Positions 23,866-36,547 of a stretch of 64,000 bases of DNA are shown in pieces. The DNA lies in NCBI GenBank assembly GCA_035221665.1, contig CM069162.1:23374001-23438000 (forward strand), read 5' to 3'. Both the position numbers and the translations under genes were made by a program. The stretch is from Okamejei kenojei. Its lineage: Eukaryota. The first letter of the stretch is position 1, and each line of letters begins with the position of its first letter. The notes under the pieces were generated by a model. That model did not search any database, was not told the origin of the DNA, and was given only the letters and a program-made list of their open reading frames with translations.

Positions 23866-24769
23866 CGAGCGCTTTCCAGTTAATACAGAACGAGGTCAGT
23901 GCTGGGCCTTGGAGCATTTCCAGCAGTCTCGTCCCGCACCTAATTCCCTGCAGCCTGTTCTGTAGCCCCTGGTTCTGTCACTGTCCATTTGCACCAAGGA
24001 TGATTTACCATTAACGTATCAACAACCCTTTTTTGGGGGGGGGGGGGGGGGTGAGTCTGCGCTGTGCGGGCTGTACAGCGCTCAACCGTGCCACAGCGAG
24101 AGCGGTGTATTGCCTCCCGTTTGACCGTGTGGGAGTGTGTTGCAGAGCGCAGTGTTGCATGGGTGCATGGTGGCGTGTCGCTGTGTGACCGCACTGTGCG
24201 GTGTCTGGTTTGCGGGTGGCGCGCTGCCTGTGTTGGGGTTTGCTGTGTTAGTGCTGGACTGCACTCCGCTGCATCGTGTGTTTTGACGTTGCAGCGCCCG
24301 GCGTTGGGGGGGCATATTACGATTGAAGAATGAGTGCTTTTGAAATGTGCTACTGGAGGCTCTGTGTTCCTCCATTCTGGGAGCCGCGACCAACATTAAA
24401 TTAAGTCTCAATTTCTCCGGAGCCCAATTGTGGTTACGAATCATTAGTGGCTGTGTCTACAGCTTGCTGGTTTATTGAGAGTTCATTAACCACCTTGAGG
24501 GGAAGACTGCTCCAGATCAATGACATTTTCAAATTGAAAGAGACAAAGTAATTGATTTAGGAACGATCCTTAACAGAGCCAATATCTTTCAAAAATAACA
24601 CGTCGGGTTTTCAACGGTGTGTGTACTTTAAGCCACAAAAGGAACAACCGTTTTGATTTCAAGGTTTATTGGGTAGGGAGGAGGTGAACTGTCGAGGAAG
24701 TGGACGTGTGGACCGTCAGGGAGTGTAGGGGGGTTAACAACGCTGGCAATTCTCTAACAAAGTAAAATG

Positions 24770-24950
24770 GACACAAAATGCTGGCGTAACTCAGCGGGAC
24801 AGGCAGCATCTTTCGAGAGGATGGATGGGTGACGTTTGAGAAGGGTCTCGACCCAAAAGTCACCCATTCCTTCCATCCAGAGATGCTGCCTGTCCCGCTG
24901 AGTTACTCCAGCGTTGTGTGTCTGTCTTCAATGTAAACCAGCATCTGCAC
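24770..24950. mobile_element. Palindromic pair of Penelope-like terminal repeats
   Basis: gctggcgtaactcagcgggacaggcagcatct... is mirrored by ...agatgctgcctgtcccgctgagttactccagc. Confidence 0.75.
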
Positions 24951-25524
24951 ATCAGAGACTGGCATTCTCAGCGAATGGTTCACCGCTACCTGGTTACACT
25001 CTCGCTCGCAGGAGGAGGGAGGGAATACTTGCCCTCCCACACTTGTGCCCGCGGCTAGGCACTCATTCTGCCGGATTAGCGGGCACTAGGACTGCCACTG
25101 GTCTTTCTTCTACTGTGGGTGGTCCATCAGCTGGTGCTGAGCCCACCTCCTCCCTGGTGTCGAAGCCCGGAGACAGACACACAGTGCTGGGGTAACGCAG
25201 TGGGTCGGGCGGCCTCTCTGGGGGACATGGGTAGGTGACGGTTCAGGTCGGCACCCTTCATCAGACTGGGGAGAAGGTGCAAGTGGATTGTGCGGGGCTG
25301 GGGAACCATAAGCTTGTCAAAGGCCAAGCCTGAGTGAAGCCTTGAGAAGACTGCGGTGCTGGCTCTTGTCTATTGTCTATTGTCTAAGACAGGGGGGAGG
25401 AGATGGACAAAGTATCTCACTCCCGAGATGTAGTGAAGCTCGTTGCTCTGTGCTTTGGCTGCCTTCCATTCATTGTTTTGACCCCACACTCCGGCTGTAG
25501 AATGGGATGGGATGGGGTGGAGGT

Positions 25525-25557
<33 letters not shown>

Positions 25558-25631
25558 AGGGGCGGGGGGTGGGATGGGGGGGGGAGGGTCAGTCGATAGT
25601 TTCTGATGATCTCCGCCTCTTTCTCCTGCAG

Positions 25632-27362
25632 GCCCCCAGCCATTCTCACATCCACTTCCCAGCACAGTCCCCATGCACAGTCTTGCAACCATCACTGAAG
25701 AATCTATGCATTCCGAGGATAAACCCTGCACTGACTCCCCGTCGATCCCCTCATCTGCTGCGAGCAGCTCGAGAGAAGCAGCCGCCGCCGACCCAGCACA
25801 ACATCCACTTCCAGGAACCAGCCAGCCATCGCCAGGATCCCAGGGGGTCCCCGCCGCCGATACCGGAGCGATAACGGCCCCGGGCGAGGAACGGACGGGA
25901 GACGGAGCCCCCGTCACCAGCGAGGATGTCTCCACCGGAGGCCCCAAGGTAGAGGCCGCTCCTCCAGCCCACGCTGCTCCTACATCAACTCTGCCCCGGG
26001 ACTCCGAGGCCGGCGTCGCCAATCTCTCCTGCAACACGCCGAGCCCTTGCCCAAATCCGAGAGACGCCGGCGGAGGGCAGAACAAGGGGAGCGTGGTCCC
26101 GGGCCAAGCTGGGGCCCCTTTGCCCAATGCCCAGCCTCCGCCACCGGCAGCACTTTGTGAAACGCCGGACAACACAGAGGCGGCTAAACCCCCCACGGGA
26201 CCCCCTGGCCCGATGGCCGGACTGACGCAAGGCGCTGATCCCGGCTGCCAGGCCCAGAGAGGGGCCGCTCCTCCCGGCGCCGTGCGGGGTGCGAGTTACG
26301 ACGGGCGGCCGGTTCCGTGTCCGCAGCCGCTCTCGCTGCCCCGCTCCTCCCCGGTGCCGGCCGTGTCGTCGGATGTGACCATGAACGACAGGATCTGGTG
26401 CAAGCTGGAGGGCGGGAGCCACCGGGATAGCATGTCCTCGTCCTCCAGCATGTCCTCCAACGACACGGTCATCGACCTGTCCTTGCCCAACCTGGCGCGC
26501 AGCAGCCTGTCCGACCTGAGCGCACGGACACGGCCGCGATCGGCCACCACCGGACACGAGATGTTGGCCAAAGTCAGCAGCAGCAAGTCCAGCCCCAACC
26601 TGAGAGGCGACGGCGACCAGCAGCCCGTGGACGAGTTGCAGCCCAAGCCCTTGTCCAAGGCATCGCCGGCCCCTGCCCACGCCAGCCCCAGGAGACACAG
26701 CTGAGAACCGTGCTGCACATTCCAAGACCTCCAGAGGGCTGCAACTCGCCCGTGCCAAGACGGCACGAGGGCAAGTGACTCAGCGAAGCACAAAGGCGGC
26801 GCTGAACAGCGACAAAGTCAAGAGGGCCTGGCGACCCTGACTCTCCGAGGACATCGTGCCCCAGAACCTTCGAACACAGCAAATACAAGAGCATCAGCCG
26901 CACCTTCATCTCCAGAACCCATGCGGGGGGGAGCGCAGGGCGGCGGCGGCCCAGCGGCCGAGGGTAGGGGTGGGCGCGGCCACGACAATCTGACCGAGCA
27001 CGAGCTGAAGAGGAATCACCAGCTTCGAGCGGGAGAACGACATCAGCTCTCCCACGGCCGGGCCGGAGCCGGAGGGGGGGGACGAGGAGAGCAGGCCCCG
27101 TGGACCTGCGCCCTGCTTTTTGTTTCCTCCAGGAGGCCAGAGCCGGGTTGTGCGTTACATCGCCAACCGGGCCAAGCAGGCGGAGGCGCGGCGGCGACTG
27201 AGTGAGCAGGGACAAGCTGCCTGCCAGCTGGGGGAGAGGGGCAACCCCGAGGGGGCATGTTCCGTCCCCAGGAGCATCTGCACGGACTCAGCCCCAGTGG
27301 ACAAGGTCCCAGCCCCCGCCGTCGGCAACGACGCCGAGGTCTTCTTCATGTTGAAACTATAA
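25632..27362 (+). CDS. PLCH2: PLCH2 terminal coding exon (frameshifted in this assembly between ~26700 and ~27150)
   Basis: Acceptor ctttctcctgcag|gc, phase 1, in frame with ORF 25673. Motifs HSLATITEE, HRDSMSSSSSMSSNDTVIDLSLPNL, SKSSPNLR and DELQPKPL are intact. Garbled KSKSLGDLTSEDI / KYKSISRTFIS / DNLTE follow, then VRYIANRAKQA...ERGNPEGACSV...EVFFMLKL* (TAA 27360-27362), matching the PLC-eta C-terminal LxL end. Confidence 0.93.
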
Positions 27363-27687
27363 CCCTCATCTTCAAACGAGCAAACCCCACCGGCGTTAAA
27401 ACCCACTCACTGCCTTGTCAGTAGATTTCAAACGAGTTGTTTCACTCCAAATTCTGCATAAAGGCCAGGGCCAGAGCGATGGGTCCAAGTTTTCAAAGCT
27501 GGAATTCGTGCTGTCGTGGTGTTGCACTTTTTTTTAACGTGCCAAACTTTGCACAAATCACACCGTTTGCACTGGAAATTGGAACTTTTTTTCTCAACAC
27601 TCTGGTAGTGTTGACCAGATGCTGCACATAGACATGGGGGCACAGAGAGAGAGGGAGGGAGGGAGGGAGGGAGGGAGGGAGGGTGAG

Positions 27688-27916
27688 NNNNNNNNNNNNN
27701 NNNNNNNNNNNNNNNNNNNNNNNNNNNNNNNNNNNNNNNNNNNNNNNNNNNNNNNNNNNNNNNNNNNNNNNNNNNNNNNNNNNNNNNNNNNNNNNNNNNN
27801 NNNNNNNNNNNNNNNNNNNNNNNNNNNNNNNNNNNNNNNNNNNNNNNNNNNNNNNNNNNNNNNNNNNNNNNNNNNNNNNNNNNNNNNNNNNNNNNNNNNN
27901 NNNNNNNNNNNNNNNN
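27688..27916. other. Assembly gap (229 N)
   Basis: Run of n flanked by (ggga)n and GA-rich low-complexity sequence. Confidence 1.
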
Positions 27917-30900
27917 GGAAGACAGGAGAGGAAAAAGAGAGAGAAAATACATTTGGCTTTTAAGAACAAATCCAGCGTGAGGTCCTGTGACTGTATCAGT
28001 AGGTGCTCAGTCTTGTCAGAAGTCAGGCACAATGTCTTAAATCCCCCAAAGCTCATCCTGCTCAACCCCCCCCCCCCCCCCCCCCACCCCCCCCCACCCC
28101 CTTCCCCACCACCCCACCCCCTTCCCCCACCACCTCAATTTGACCACTGACAAACGTTTCCAATGATCTTTTAAAATTGTGTACACTTATGTGAATAGAA
28201 TTCTGCACGATATTACTGTTTATATTTAAAATGTAATTCTTGAGATTTGTTCTTAACAAAACACCACCAAAAAACCTTGAAAAGTCAGCGAAGTTAATAA
28301 ATGTGCGGTCGTGTTTATGAAGAATACTTCCAAAAACAAAAGTCTTTTTAATGTTGCATGTTTTTTCCGTGTTTGATTTGTGGTTTTAATACACGGTGGA
28401 GAATTGGTTGAAAGCAGTGCAGGCTCCAGCTGTGCTGGTTAGTGCTTCACCTCTCTGTCTGCAGTTGTGGCTGGACTGATGTTTCCATGGACACTGGTTA
28501 ACGTTTGCTTCCTGGAAGCTGATGCAGAAAGGCTCCTTAGAGATATCTAGTGGAGCTCACCATGAATCCAGTCTAAGTCAGCCATGGAGTCGGCTGAAGG
28601 GCAATTAAGGTGCTGGTTTGGGGAAAGAGACGAGAGAGACTCCTTCTCATAGCTGTCTGTGCTGCCGCATTCAGAGTTACCAGTGGACATTCAGAGTAAG
28701 GGATGGGCATTCGGCCCGTCCAGCCTGTACTGTCACCCAATTTCATTTTGTTCCTCTAGTTATCTGCTGTTTCTGCATCCAAAAAAAACTCCATCGATCC
28801 GGCGTTGTGAACGTTTCACTTGACCCACCCCAATCTCCGCAGAGGTTCCTGAACTCCTTTACATGAAGCGGTGCTGCTTGGTCTAACCTCTGAACGATTT
28901 TAAGGTTGCCCCCTTTTCCAGAACACAACCTGCCACCAGACAAAACATTTCTGTTTCCTGCACTGGCCCCTATTCATTCAACATCATCAACAATTGCCTG
29001 AAAGTTGACAACTTTCAATGTGCAATTGGAATAAAAGTGATGAAATAGTTGAAATCAGCCATCATTCCCGGGTCAAATGTCAGCCACCCCGAACCAGACA
29101 GAGAAAGCCGCATAAATACCGGCACCTGACATTGCCTGGCACCAGATCCTTCAGTGGAAGCCGCAGGTGTTCGCGGAACTTGTTGTCCTAGCACTAAGAG
29201 AGGGGTGCAACGTCAGTACTTTGTTCTTTAAGAGCTTTTTTTCTGGTGTCCGATTAACATTCTATAAAGAGGGTAGATGATCCCAAGCTCAGCCGTGTCT
29301 CACTCTGGATCAATGGGCGTGGGGAGCTATAACCTGAAAGTACAACAGATACTGTCTACCTCCTCCCGGAGGTGAAGCGAGGCTCCTCTGGACCTCTCGC
29401 TTGGATCAGGGATCAGGCTGGCGATCCCCAGGAAGCTACAGACGGCCTGTCTGAGCTACGCTTAGTTGTCCATTGCTGAATGGCCTGGAGATGGTGAAGT
29501 CCAGGAGATCCCTGGGCCCAGCACACGCTGAGGAGATGCCGCAATCATGCAGCCTTTGTTTAAGAGGCTTTCAGATAGAAAATGGGTGTGCAGGGGATGA
29601 AGGAATATGAATCAGGGGCAGGCAGAGGTGATTAGTTTTGGCAGCATGTTCAACACGGATATTATGGGCCGAAGGGCCTGTTCCTATACTGTACTGCTCC
29701 ATGTTCAATGACTCAGCCACTCCCTATCAACGGATAAATTCCAATAGGTTACTGTCTTTCAACCTCCTTTGCCTGGCTGTGGCCAGTGACCGGCTGCTAT
29801 ATCCGTTATCATCAATGTATCCGTTCCTATCTACTGGACCCGGTAGCCATGGCTACACCAGGCTTCATTGATGGAGGTTCCGTCACATTGTGAACACATT
29901 TAGTGCGGGTGTCAAGGGTTATGGGGAGAAGGCAGGAGAATAGGGTTGAGAGGGTAAGATAGATCAGACGATTGAATGGCGGAGTAGACTCGATGGGCCG
30001 AATGGCCTAATCTGCTCCTATGACTCATGAAGTCATGAACAAGGCAGGGAATTTCACCTGAAGATGAGCAGATGACAGTCAGATGCACAGAGCTTGGCCA
30101 ACAAGGCTGTGCTGAAAATACACCTTGACTGTGGGCAAGTTGAGGAAGGAAATCCCGGGAATTTGAAGGCCCAGCCACTGGTAGGAGACAGTGGGATTGT
30201 CTCGGAAGAGAGTAGACGTGTCGGAGCATTGCGAACATTAGGTGGGGAGAGTGGCAAAGAAATCGCAGCAAGTGCTGAGACTTCAGGGTGTCTTTGCGCA
30301 GTGACTGTTGAATGGAGAAACACTGCGAAGAACATATGAGGCATGAAGCAGGCTTCCCAGTCTCTGGTGGGGGCCCTCCTGCCAATCCCACCCATCCTGC
30401 TCTCCCTCATCTACCCATCCAGCTGACCATCAACATCCAACCCAAACTCCCTCCAATTCAATGTAAGAAAGAACTGCAGATGTTGGTTTAAATCGAAGGT
30501 AGACACACAATGCTGGAGTAACTCAGCGGGACAAGCAACATCTTTGGGGATTTCTTCTCCCCAGCCCTGCTGCCTGTTCCAGCATTTTGTGTCTACCTCC
30601 CTCCTTTCAGTCTGCTTCCATTTCACTAATTCCTGATTTTTCAAAGGATATTTCCCCATTAATTCCCCTTTGGATTTATTACTTGCAATAAGGCAGGACT
30701 CGTGATTCCTGCAAATTATTTCCCCGATTCATAATATTAAAATATTTTGTCTGGTCACTCCTCATCCTCTCTCCTGGGACAATGCCTTATGTCTTTGCTG
30801 CTCCTTCTGTTGTACCTTCCTGTTGCTCATCCGGTCACCATCCAGCATGAAGGGATGATGTTCTCAGTCCATGCTCACCTGATCTGCACCTCCAAAGATC

Positions 30901-31536
30901 TCGCAGATGCCCAAAGTCTCCAGGGGATGTATCAGTGTGCATGTCACATCCCCTCCCCCCCCCCCCCCCCCCCCCCCACCCCACTCATGTGAATGATTCA
31001 CATATGGTGGGTTTAAGAACGAGCAAAATCGCAGAGCCCTAAAATTGATGAATGTTTTAATTCAGTAACCAATTCTAACAAAAGTGTCCACCTTGTCAAT
31101 TGTTCGTGTTTAGTTTGCTGCTTTGACCTTCAGTAACCCCGTCGCTGGCCCCTTGCATGAGATTTCATTTCAACCAGAGGGTTTACATATTGTTAATATT
31201 TAAGCTTTTCACACAAAAAAAAAATGGTTGAAGGAACCATTTTAGGACTGAAATGTACACTGGAAATATTTTTAATTTTATTTGTTTATTTTTAATGTCT
31301 ATTCAAAAGTAATAATTGAATGTTTCAGCAAATGAAATGAGAATGTTTTGTTTCCAGATATCTTGGATGTAATATTTCATACGAAACACAGTATCTTCCA
31401 TGTACATTAATGAGGGATGTGAATGTCAAATGTCCACTTGCAAAAAACTACAGGATAAAAATATGTAACTACTTTGATAATTCTGCAGCATCCGAGATTT
31501 TGAACACTATTTGTAATTGAAATATTATATCAATCT

Positions 31537-31542
31537 AATAAA
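31537..31542 (+). promoter_or_regulatory. Candidate PLCH2 polyadenylation signal (AATAAA)
   Basis: AATAAA at the end of an AU-rich repeat-free block (31020-31560) followed by GT-rich tgtattggtttgctgt. Weaker upstream alternatives lie near 28296 and 29030. Confidence 0.5.
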
Positions 31543-31611
31543 ATGTATTGGTTTGCTGTAATTGTCCTTGTTGTGGAGATGCCCCACACTCACCCAACAA
31601 CACTAATTTAA

Positions 31612-32162
31612 CGTGTAGGAAGGAACTGCAGATGCTGATTTACACCGAAGATAGACATAAAATGCTGGAGTAACTCAGCGGGTCAGGCAGCATCTCTAGG
31701 GAAAAGGAATAGGTGATGTTTCAGGTCGAGACCCTTCTCCTGACTGTGGGAGACTAGAGGTATGAAAAGGTTCAAACCAAATCAGAGCCGCACTGATCAC
31801 CAAGGAATGGGGGGCCCACAATGGTCCATTGTTGACTGTGGAAGAGGTAATAACGGAGGGACATATGAATAGTGGAACTAAGCAGGGCAACAAGGGTGGG
31901 GGGAGAGAGAGGGAGGGAAGGCAAGGGCTACTTGAAGTTAGAGAAGTCAATGTTCATACCGCTGGGGTGTAAGCTGCCCAAGCAAAATCTGAGGTGCTGT
32001 TCCCCCAATTTGTGTTGGGCCTAACAATGACAGTGGAGGAGGCCCAAGACTGAAAGGTCAGTGTGGGAATGGGAAGGGGAGTTAAAATATTTGGCAACTG
32101 GAAGATCGTGTAGGCCAAGGTGGACCGAGCATAGGAGTTCAGCGAAACGATCGCCCAGGCTG
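31612..32162 (-). mobile_element. Penelope-like retroelement 3' fragment (GIY-YIG endonuclease C-terminus plus terminal repeat)
   Basis: Minus strand 31930-32160 reads SLGDRFAELLCSVHLGLHDLPVAKYFNSPSHSHTDLSVLGLLHCHC*AQHKLGEQHLRFCLGSLHPSGMNIDFSNFK*. Confidence 0.85.
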
Positions 32163-32299
32163 CACAGACTTAACATGGGATAGCCGTAGCTTTTAGAAGC
32201 AAGAGGATGTGAAGATTAAAAAAGCACCAACAGAGGTAAAAGATAGCACAAAATCAGGCGTACTGCAAAGCCCATTGAAGCCGGCAAGAAATACCGCAG

Positions 32300-33870
32300 T
32301 ATTAAATATAACTGGCAGCTTGCAATGAATATCACAATCAGAACAAACATCTGTTATAGACTAATTTAGGAAAATGTGGTTTGGAGCAACTCTGGAACTG
32401 ATAATGTTAATAATATGGCCAGGGAATTATAGATCAACTAGATACATGAATGGAATTAAAGACAGTGAACACTGTGGGAATTGATCAGATGTACGCATAT
32501 TAGAATTGCAATGGGATGGTCATGCCCAATGAATTTTTCGAAGATATGATGGAGGATAGCCACTTGTATGAACCTCCCAAAGGCATTTAATAGGAGGCTA
32601 GTTTACCAAAGTTAAAGTTCATGTGCAGAGGCAAAATAGTTGTCGGCCAGGGCGCAGTAAAAAGTAAATAGGGGTTTCGCATTTACCTTTGTTTCTTATG
32701 GCACCCGACTGGTGTTTTATAAGATACAGGAACAGAATTACCCAGTTTGGCCCCATCAAGTCAACTCCACCATTCAATCGTGGCTCCTCCACCTTTCTAT
32801 CAAGGACTGATCTCTTCATTTCTGGTGAAGTTTTAAAGGGCCTCGAAAGGGCGCACGACATGATAAGACACGCAGATGTCGCGCGAGGATTTTGAGCATT
32901 TTAAAATCCTGGGGTGGCAGGGAGACACCGCACGTTACAGCGCGTCATTACATGTGTCACCACGCATCACGACTGCGTCATGACCCGACCACGACTAAAA
33001 TGTCGACTGTCGCCTAAAATGTTGCCCAAGTGGGACAGGCCCTGCTGCCTTACCACGCATGCAGCTCCGGAGACCCAGGTTCGATCCCAATTACGGGTGT
33101 TGTTTGTACGTTCTCCCACCGCGTGGGTTTTCTCCGAGATCTTCGGTTTTCTCCAACACTCCACAGGTTGTTTGTGCATTAGTTGGCTCGGTATACGTGT
33201 AAATTGTCCCAGTGTGTGTAGGGTAGTGTTGGTGCGCGGGGATCGCTGGTCGGTGCGGACCCGGTGGGACAAAGGGCCTGTTTCTGCGGTGTATCTTTAA
33301 AGTAAACTAAGCAATCAGGTGATGATTTGGCTTTTATTATAAGGAGAGTTAGAGTAGACAAATCTTTCGATACTCTGCAGAGAGCTGACGAGGCTGCATG
33401 TGGAGTCATGTGGGCAGTTCTGGTCTCTGCAACTCAGATAGGAAGGAAGTCATTGCCTGGGTGACGGGCAGAGTTGAGATGAAGACTGGAGTGATTCCAC
33501 GGCACGGCTTGGTGTTTAAGTGTGGCAGCTAACTTCAGCGCCAAACTCTTTACCAGATACTGAGTAGAAACTGGGAAATCCACAGGACAAGGAATCCCGA
33601 ACTAGGTGGGGGGCTAGTTGCAGAATAAGGGGTGGTTGCGTTACGGTGGTGATTTAAGGTGTCTTCATTCAGAGGGTGGAGGATCTGTGGAATTATTTAC
33701 CCTGTCTCAGTGATGCTCCATAACTGTCCACTGTCAAGGCTGAGTTGGGCCGTTTAAGACACGGCAGGGAACGAAGGGTTGCAGGGATCGGGTACAGTGG
33801 GCTTCAGTTAGAAGGTCAGCCATGAGCTTCTCAAATGGCAACGCAAGTTCAGGTGGATTAATGGTCTGCT
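32300..33870 (+). mobile_element. Old fragmented CR1 RT region with nested partial Harbinger MITE (~32830-33043) and SINE (33044-33310)
   Basis: EFFED, KAF and RRL..KVK remnants, later cagagggtggaggatctgtggaatt. MITE end gtgggacaggccct. SINE B-box ggttcgatcc. Confidence 0.6.
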
Positions 33871-34549
33871 GTTTCCCTTACGTCTTCAATTCCCAACACA
33901 GATGTCAGATTATCCTGTTCAATCACTCCTTGTAAATCAGGCCCTTATCTCAACAATCCCCACCTGGAATGCACACTGCCCTGTCATCCAGGTTAAGGAT
34001 TTCCTCCTCAGTTACATAGACTAGAGCTGCACAGATTGTTCCAGGTGCCTACCTTTGCATTCGGATCCCCTTGTGATACAACCCAAGCTAACCTGCGCTT
34101 TGTAAAAAAATACTTGCTGGATCCTTGTGTAAGGTGTTGGAGACACTCAGCAAGTCAGGCAGCTTCTGTGGACAGAGAAACAGAGTTAATGTTTCTGCTC
34201 ACAGAACCTCTGTGGTCAGCGAGAACAGCGCGTCGTTTTACTGATATAAAAACGTACGTACGCAGAGTGCTCAGGACAGAAAGCAGCTGTTGTTTATACA
34301 CAGGGTTGTAACTCTATAGAATGCACATCTGTAGCTCATATTGAGGCAGAGATCTTGCCAACACCAAGAGCCGAGAGTGTTGAATGGTCCTGCGTACTGA
34401 CAACGGAACAAGAAATTTGAGCAACTTGGATGAACATGATGTGTCGAATCTTATTAGGTTCAGGTCAACTATTCTCACGTGGGCCGAGTTACAGTGAAAA
34501 GCTTTTTTTTGCATGCTCTCAGGATGAAAAACAGATGGTACTATACGTG

Positions 34550-34902
34550 AATACAAAAAGGCACAAAAAGCTGGGGTAAGTCGGTGGGTCAGGCAGCATC
34601 TCTGCAGAAAAGGGAATAGGTGACATTTTGGGTCGAGACCCTTCATCAGACTGATTCAGATCAGAATAACACGAAGATGGACACAAAAAGCTGGTGTAAG
34701 TCAGTAGGTCAGGCAACATCTCTGGAGAAAAGGAATAGATGATGTTTCAGGTCGAGACTCTTCTTCAGACCTCGACCTTCAGAAAGGCCTCGACCCGAAA
34801 CTTATTCCTTTTCTCCAGAGATGCTGCCTGACCCGCTGAGTTACTCTAACTTTTTATGTATCTCTTTGATTTAAGCCCGCACCAGCAGTTCCTCCCTACA
34901 CT
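34550..34902. mobile_element. Cluster of Penelope-like terminal repeats (two direct, one inverted)
   Basis: Two ...gggtcaggcagcatctct...gtcgagacccttcatcagac units, then an inverted ...ctcgacccgaaac...agatgctgcctgacccgctgagttac. Confidence 0.75.
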
Positions 34903-36547
34903 ATACAGGATTCTATATATATCAGGCCGAACGCAAGTACAAGTGGGAGAGTGAAGACAAAGGTAGAGAAGAGAAAGGTAACATGCAAAATATCGTTTCT
35001 CAGCATTGTAGTGTCACGGTTCCAGTGAAAAAGTCCAATTTGGAAAATCTGGACTGTACCCTAGTTTACTGCATGGAAATACCGTTCAGAAGTCTTTCAT
35101 AATTTTATTCTATTGAGGTTGGAAATCAAAAGTAAAGGAAGGGTTGGATGGAACGTGGAAAGATAAGGGGTAAGAAAGAGATAATGGAGTCTACGTGCTT
35201 GCGATGCTGCTGTAAGCAAGATATTCGTTGTACCTGTGCATCTGAAAATAAACTCAACCCCAACTTGCAATATGCAACGAGAACTCATGTGGAAGGAAAT
35301 CCAAGATTAATTAATGTTCCACCATCAGCACTGCATTAACATTCCTTCAAAGAGATAGATTTGCCATCTGATCAACCCCTAAACCTCCCAGCAATGAACA
35401 TTTGCAAAAGCAATTTTAACGACCGGCCATAACCTGTAAAGTAATCACAATTTCTCTCCACACTGCGGGATTCCACAATCTCCAGCAGTTTTTATCAGTG
35501 CTGCTTCCTGTTTTTGTTTCATTTTACTTTGATATGAATTGTTGACCTGGGTCCACTTTGGATAGTGCTTTTATGAGTGTGATCGGTGAATGGCCATTTC
35601 CGAATCAGGGAGGTTCATGGTCGGCCTGGCACAACTGAACGCACGAGGGATTATAGCCGCATCTTTCCAAGTATATAAGCTGCAGAGAGCAAGGGAAATG
35701 GAGGAGGAGTGGGTTGGGGGATGAGGTGGAAACTTGCCAAAAAAAAAAAAAGAATGTTTGAAAAGAGAAATCTCCAGTGAAACGCCGCCACCATAATGAC
35801 CCCAGTCTGAACAATCCAACTCACTGGATGAGAGAGAGGCAAAGTTCACAAAGCTGCCACAGGCCACAAATGGTGGTTGGCATGGGAACCATGAGCATCT
35901 CATGATTGATCACAGAGCGTCTATTCGACCCAGCGTTTCAACTTTGTCAACAGGAAAGATATCCTCCTCTTGCCTACACAGAGTCTCATTCATTGCACTT
36001 TCCACAGCAATCCGGCGCAATAGAAATGAGCAACTTTGGATTAAAAAAACCCACCAATCTTCTCTCAACAGCTGCTCCTGAGATGCAGTTCCTTTTCTGG
36101 GATTTACAACTGTTTCCTCTACTTATTTTTCCTTTCGCTGAAGTTTCTCATTCCCTCCTGAAGTACTTCTTCAGTTTGACAATCGAAGCAGGTCGAAAAA
36201 AAAAGGTGAATGTTAAAAGAAGTAATAGTTCTTTAATTTTTTCTTTACCGCTGTTCAAAACCAACTTTGCTTTCAGGGCTTCAAGAGGATCAGGTTTCAA
36301 TAACAAAGCAAACTAGATGGTTCCATCTCGTGTTGAAATCTCATTGATCACGGCAGGAAGCCTGGCAACACGACTGTTGCCAACGACCGACTTCAGCACC
36401 ATCAGTAACGCCACACCGTCACCAGATGGTCCAACGAGTGACTTGGGGCAGTGACAATGTGAGTGGTCCAACAAGCAGGGCAACCCCATCTCGGGGCAAC
36501 TATCAACAAGGACAAAGTCCAGAGAACCAGCATTTACGAATATTCCA

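Noticed and set aside
23310-24014. 234-aa Cys/His-rich ORF
   Set aside because: The LLHCT periodicity derives from the 21-bp tandem repeat. It is not a zinc-finger pattern.
25417-27258. Long minus-strand ORFs overlapping the PLCH2 last exon
   Set aside because: Antisense shadows of a GC-rich coding exon.
25632-27362. PLCH2 pseudogene call
   Set aside because: Other exons and splice sites are intact, and the lesions are clustered, insertion-biased and close to an assembly gap.
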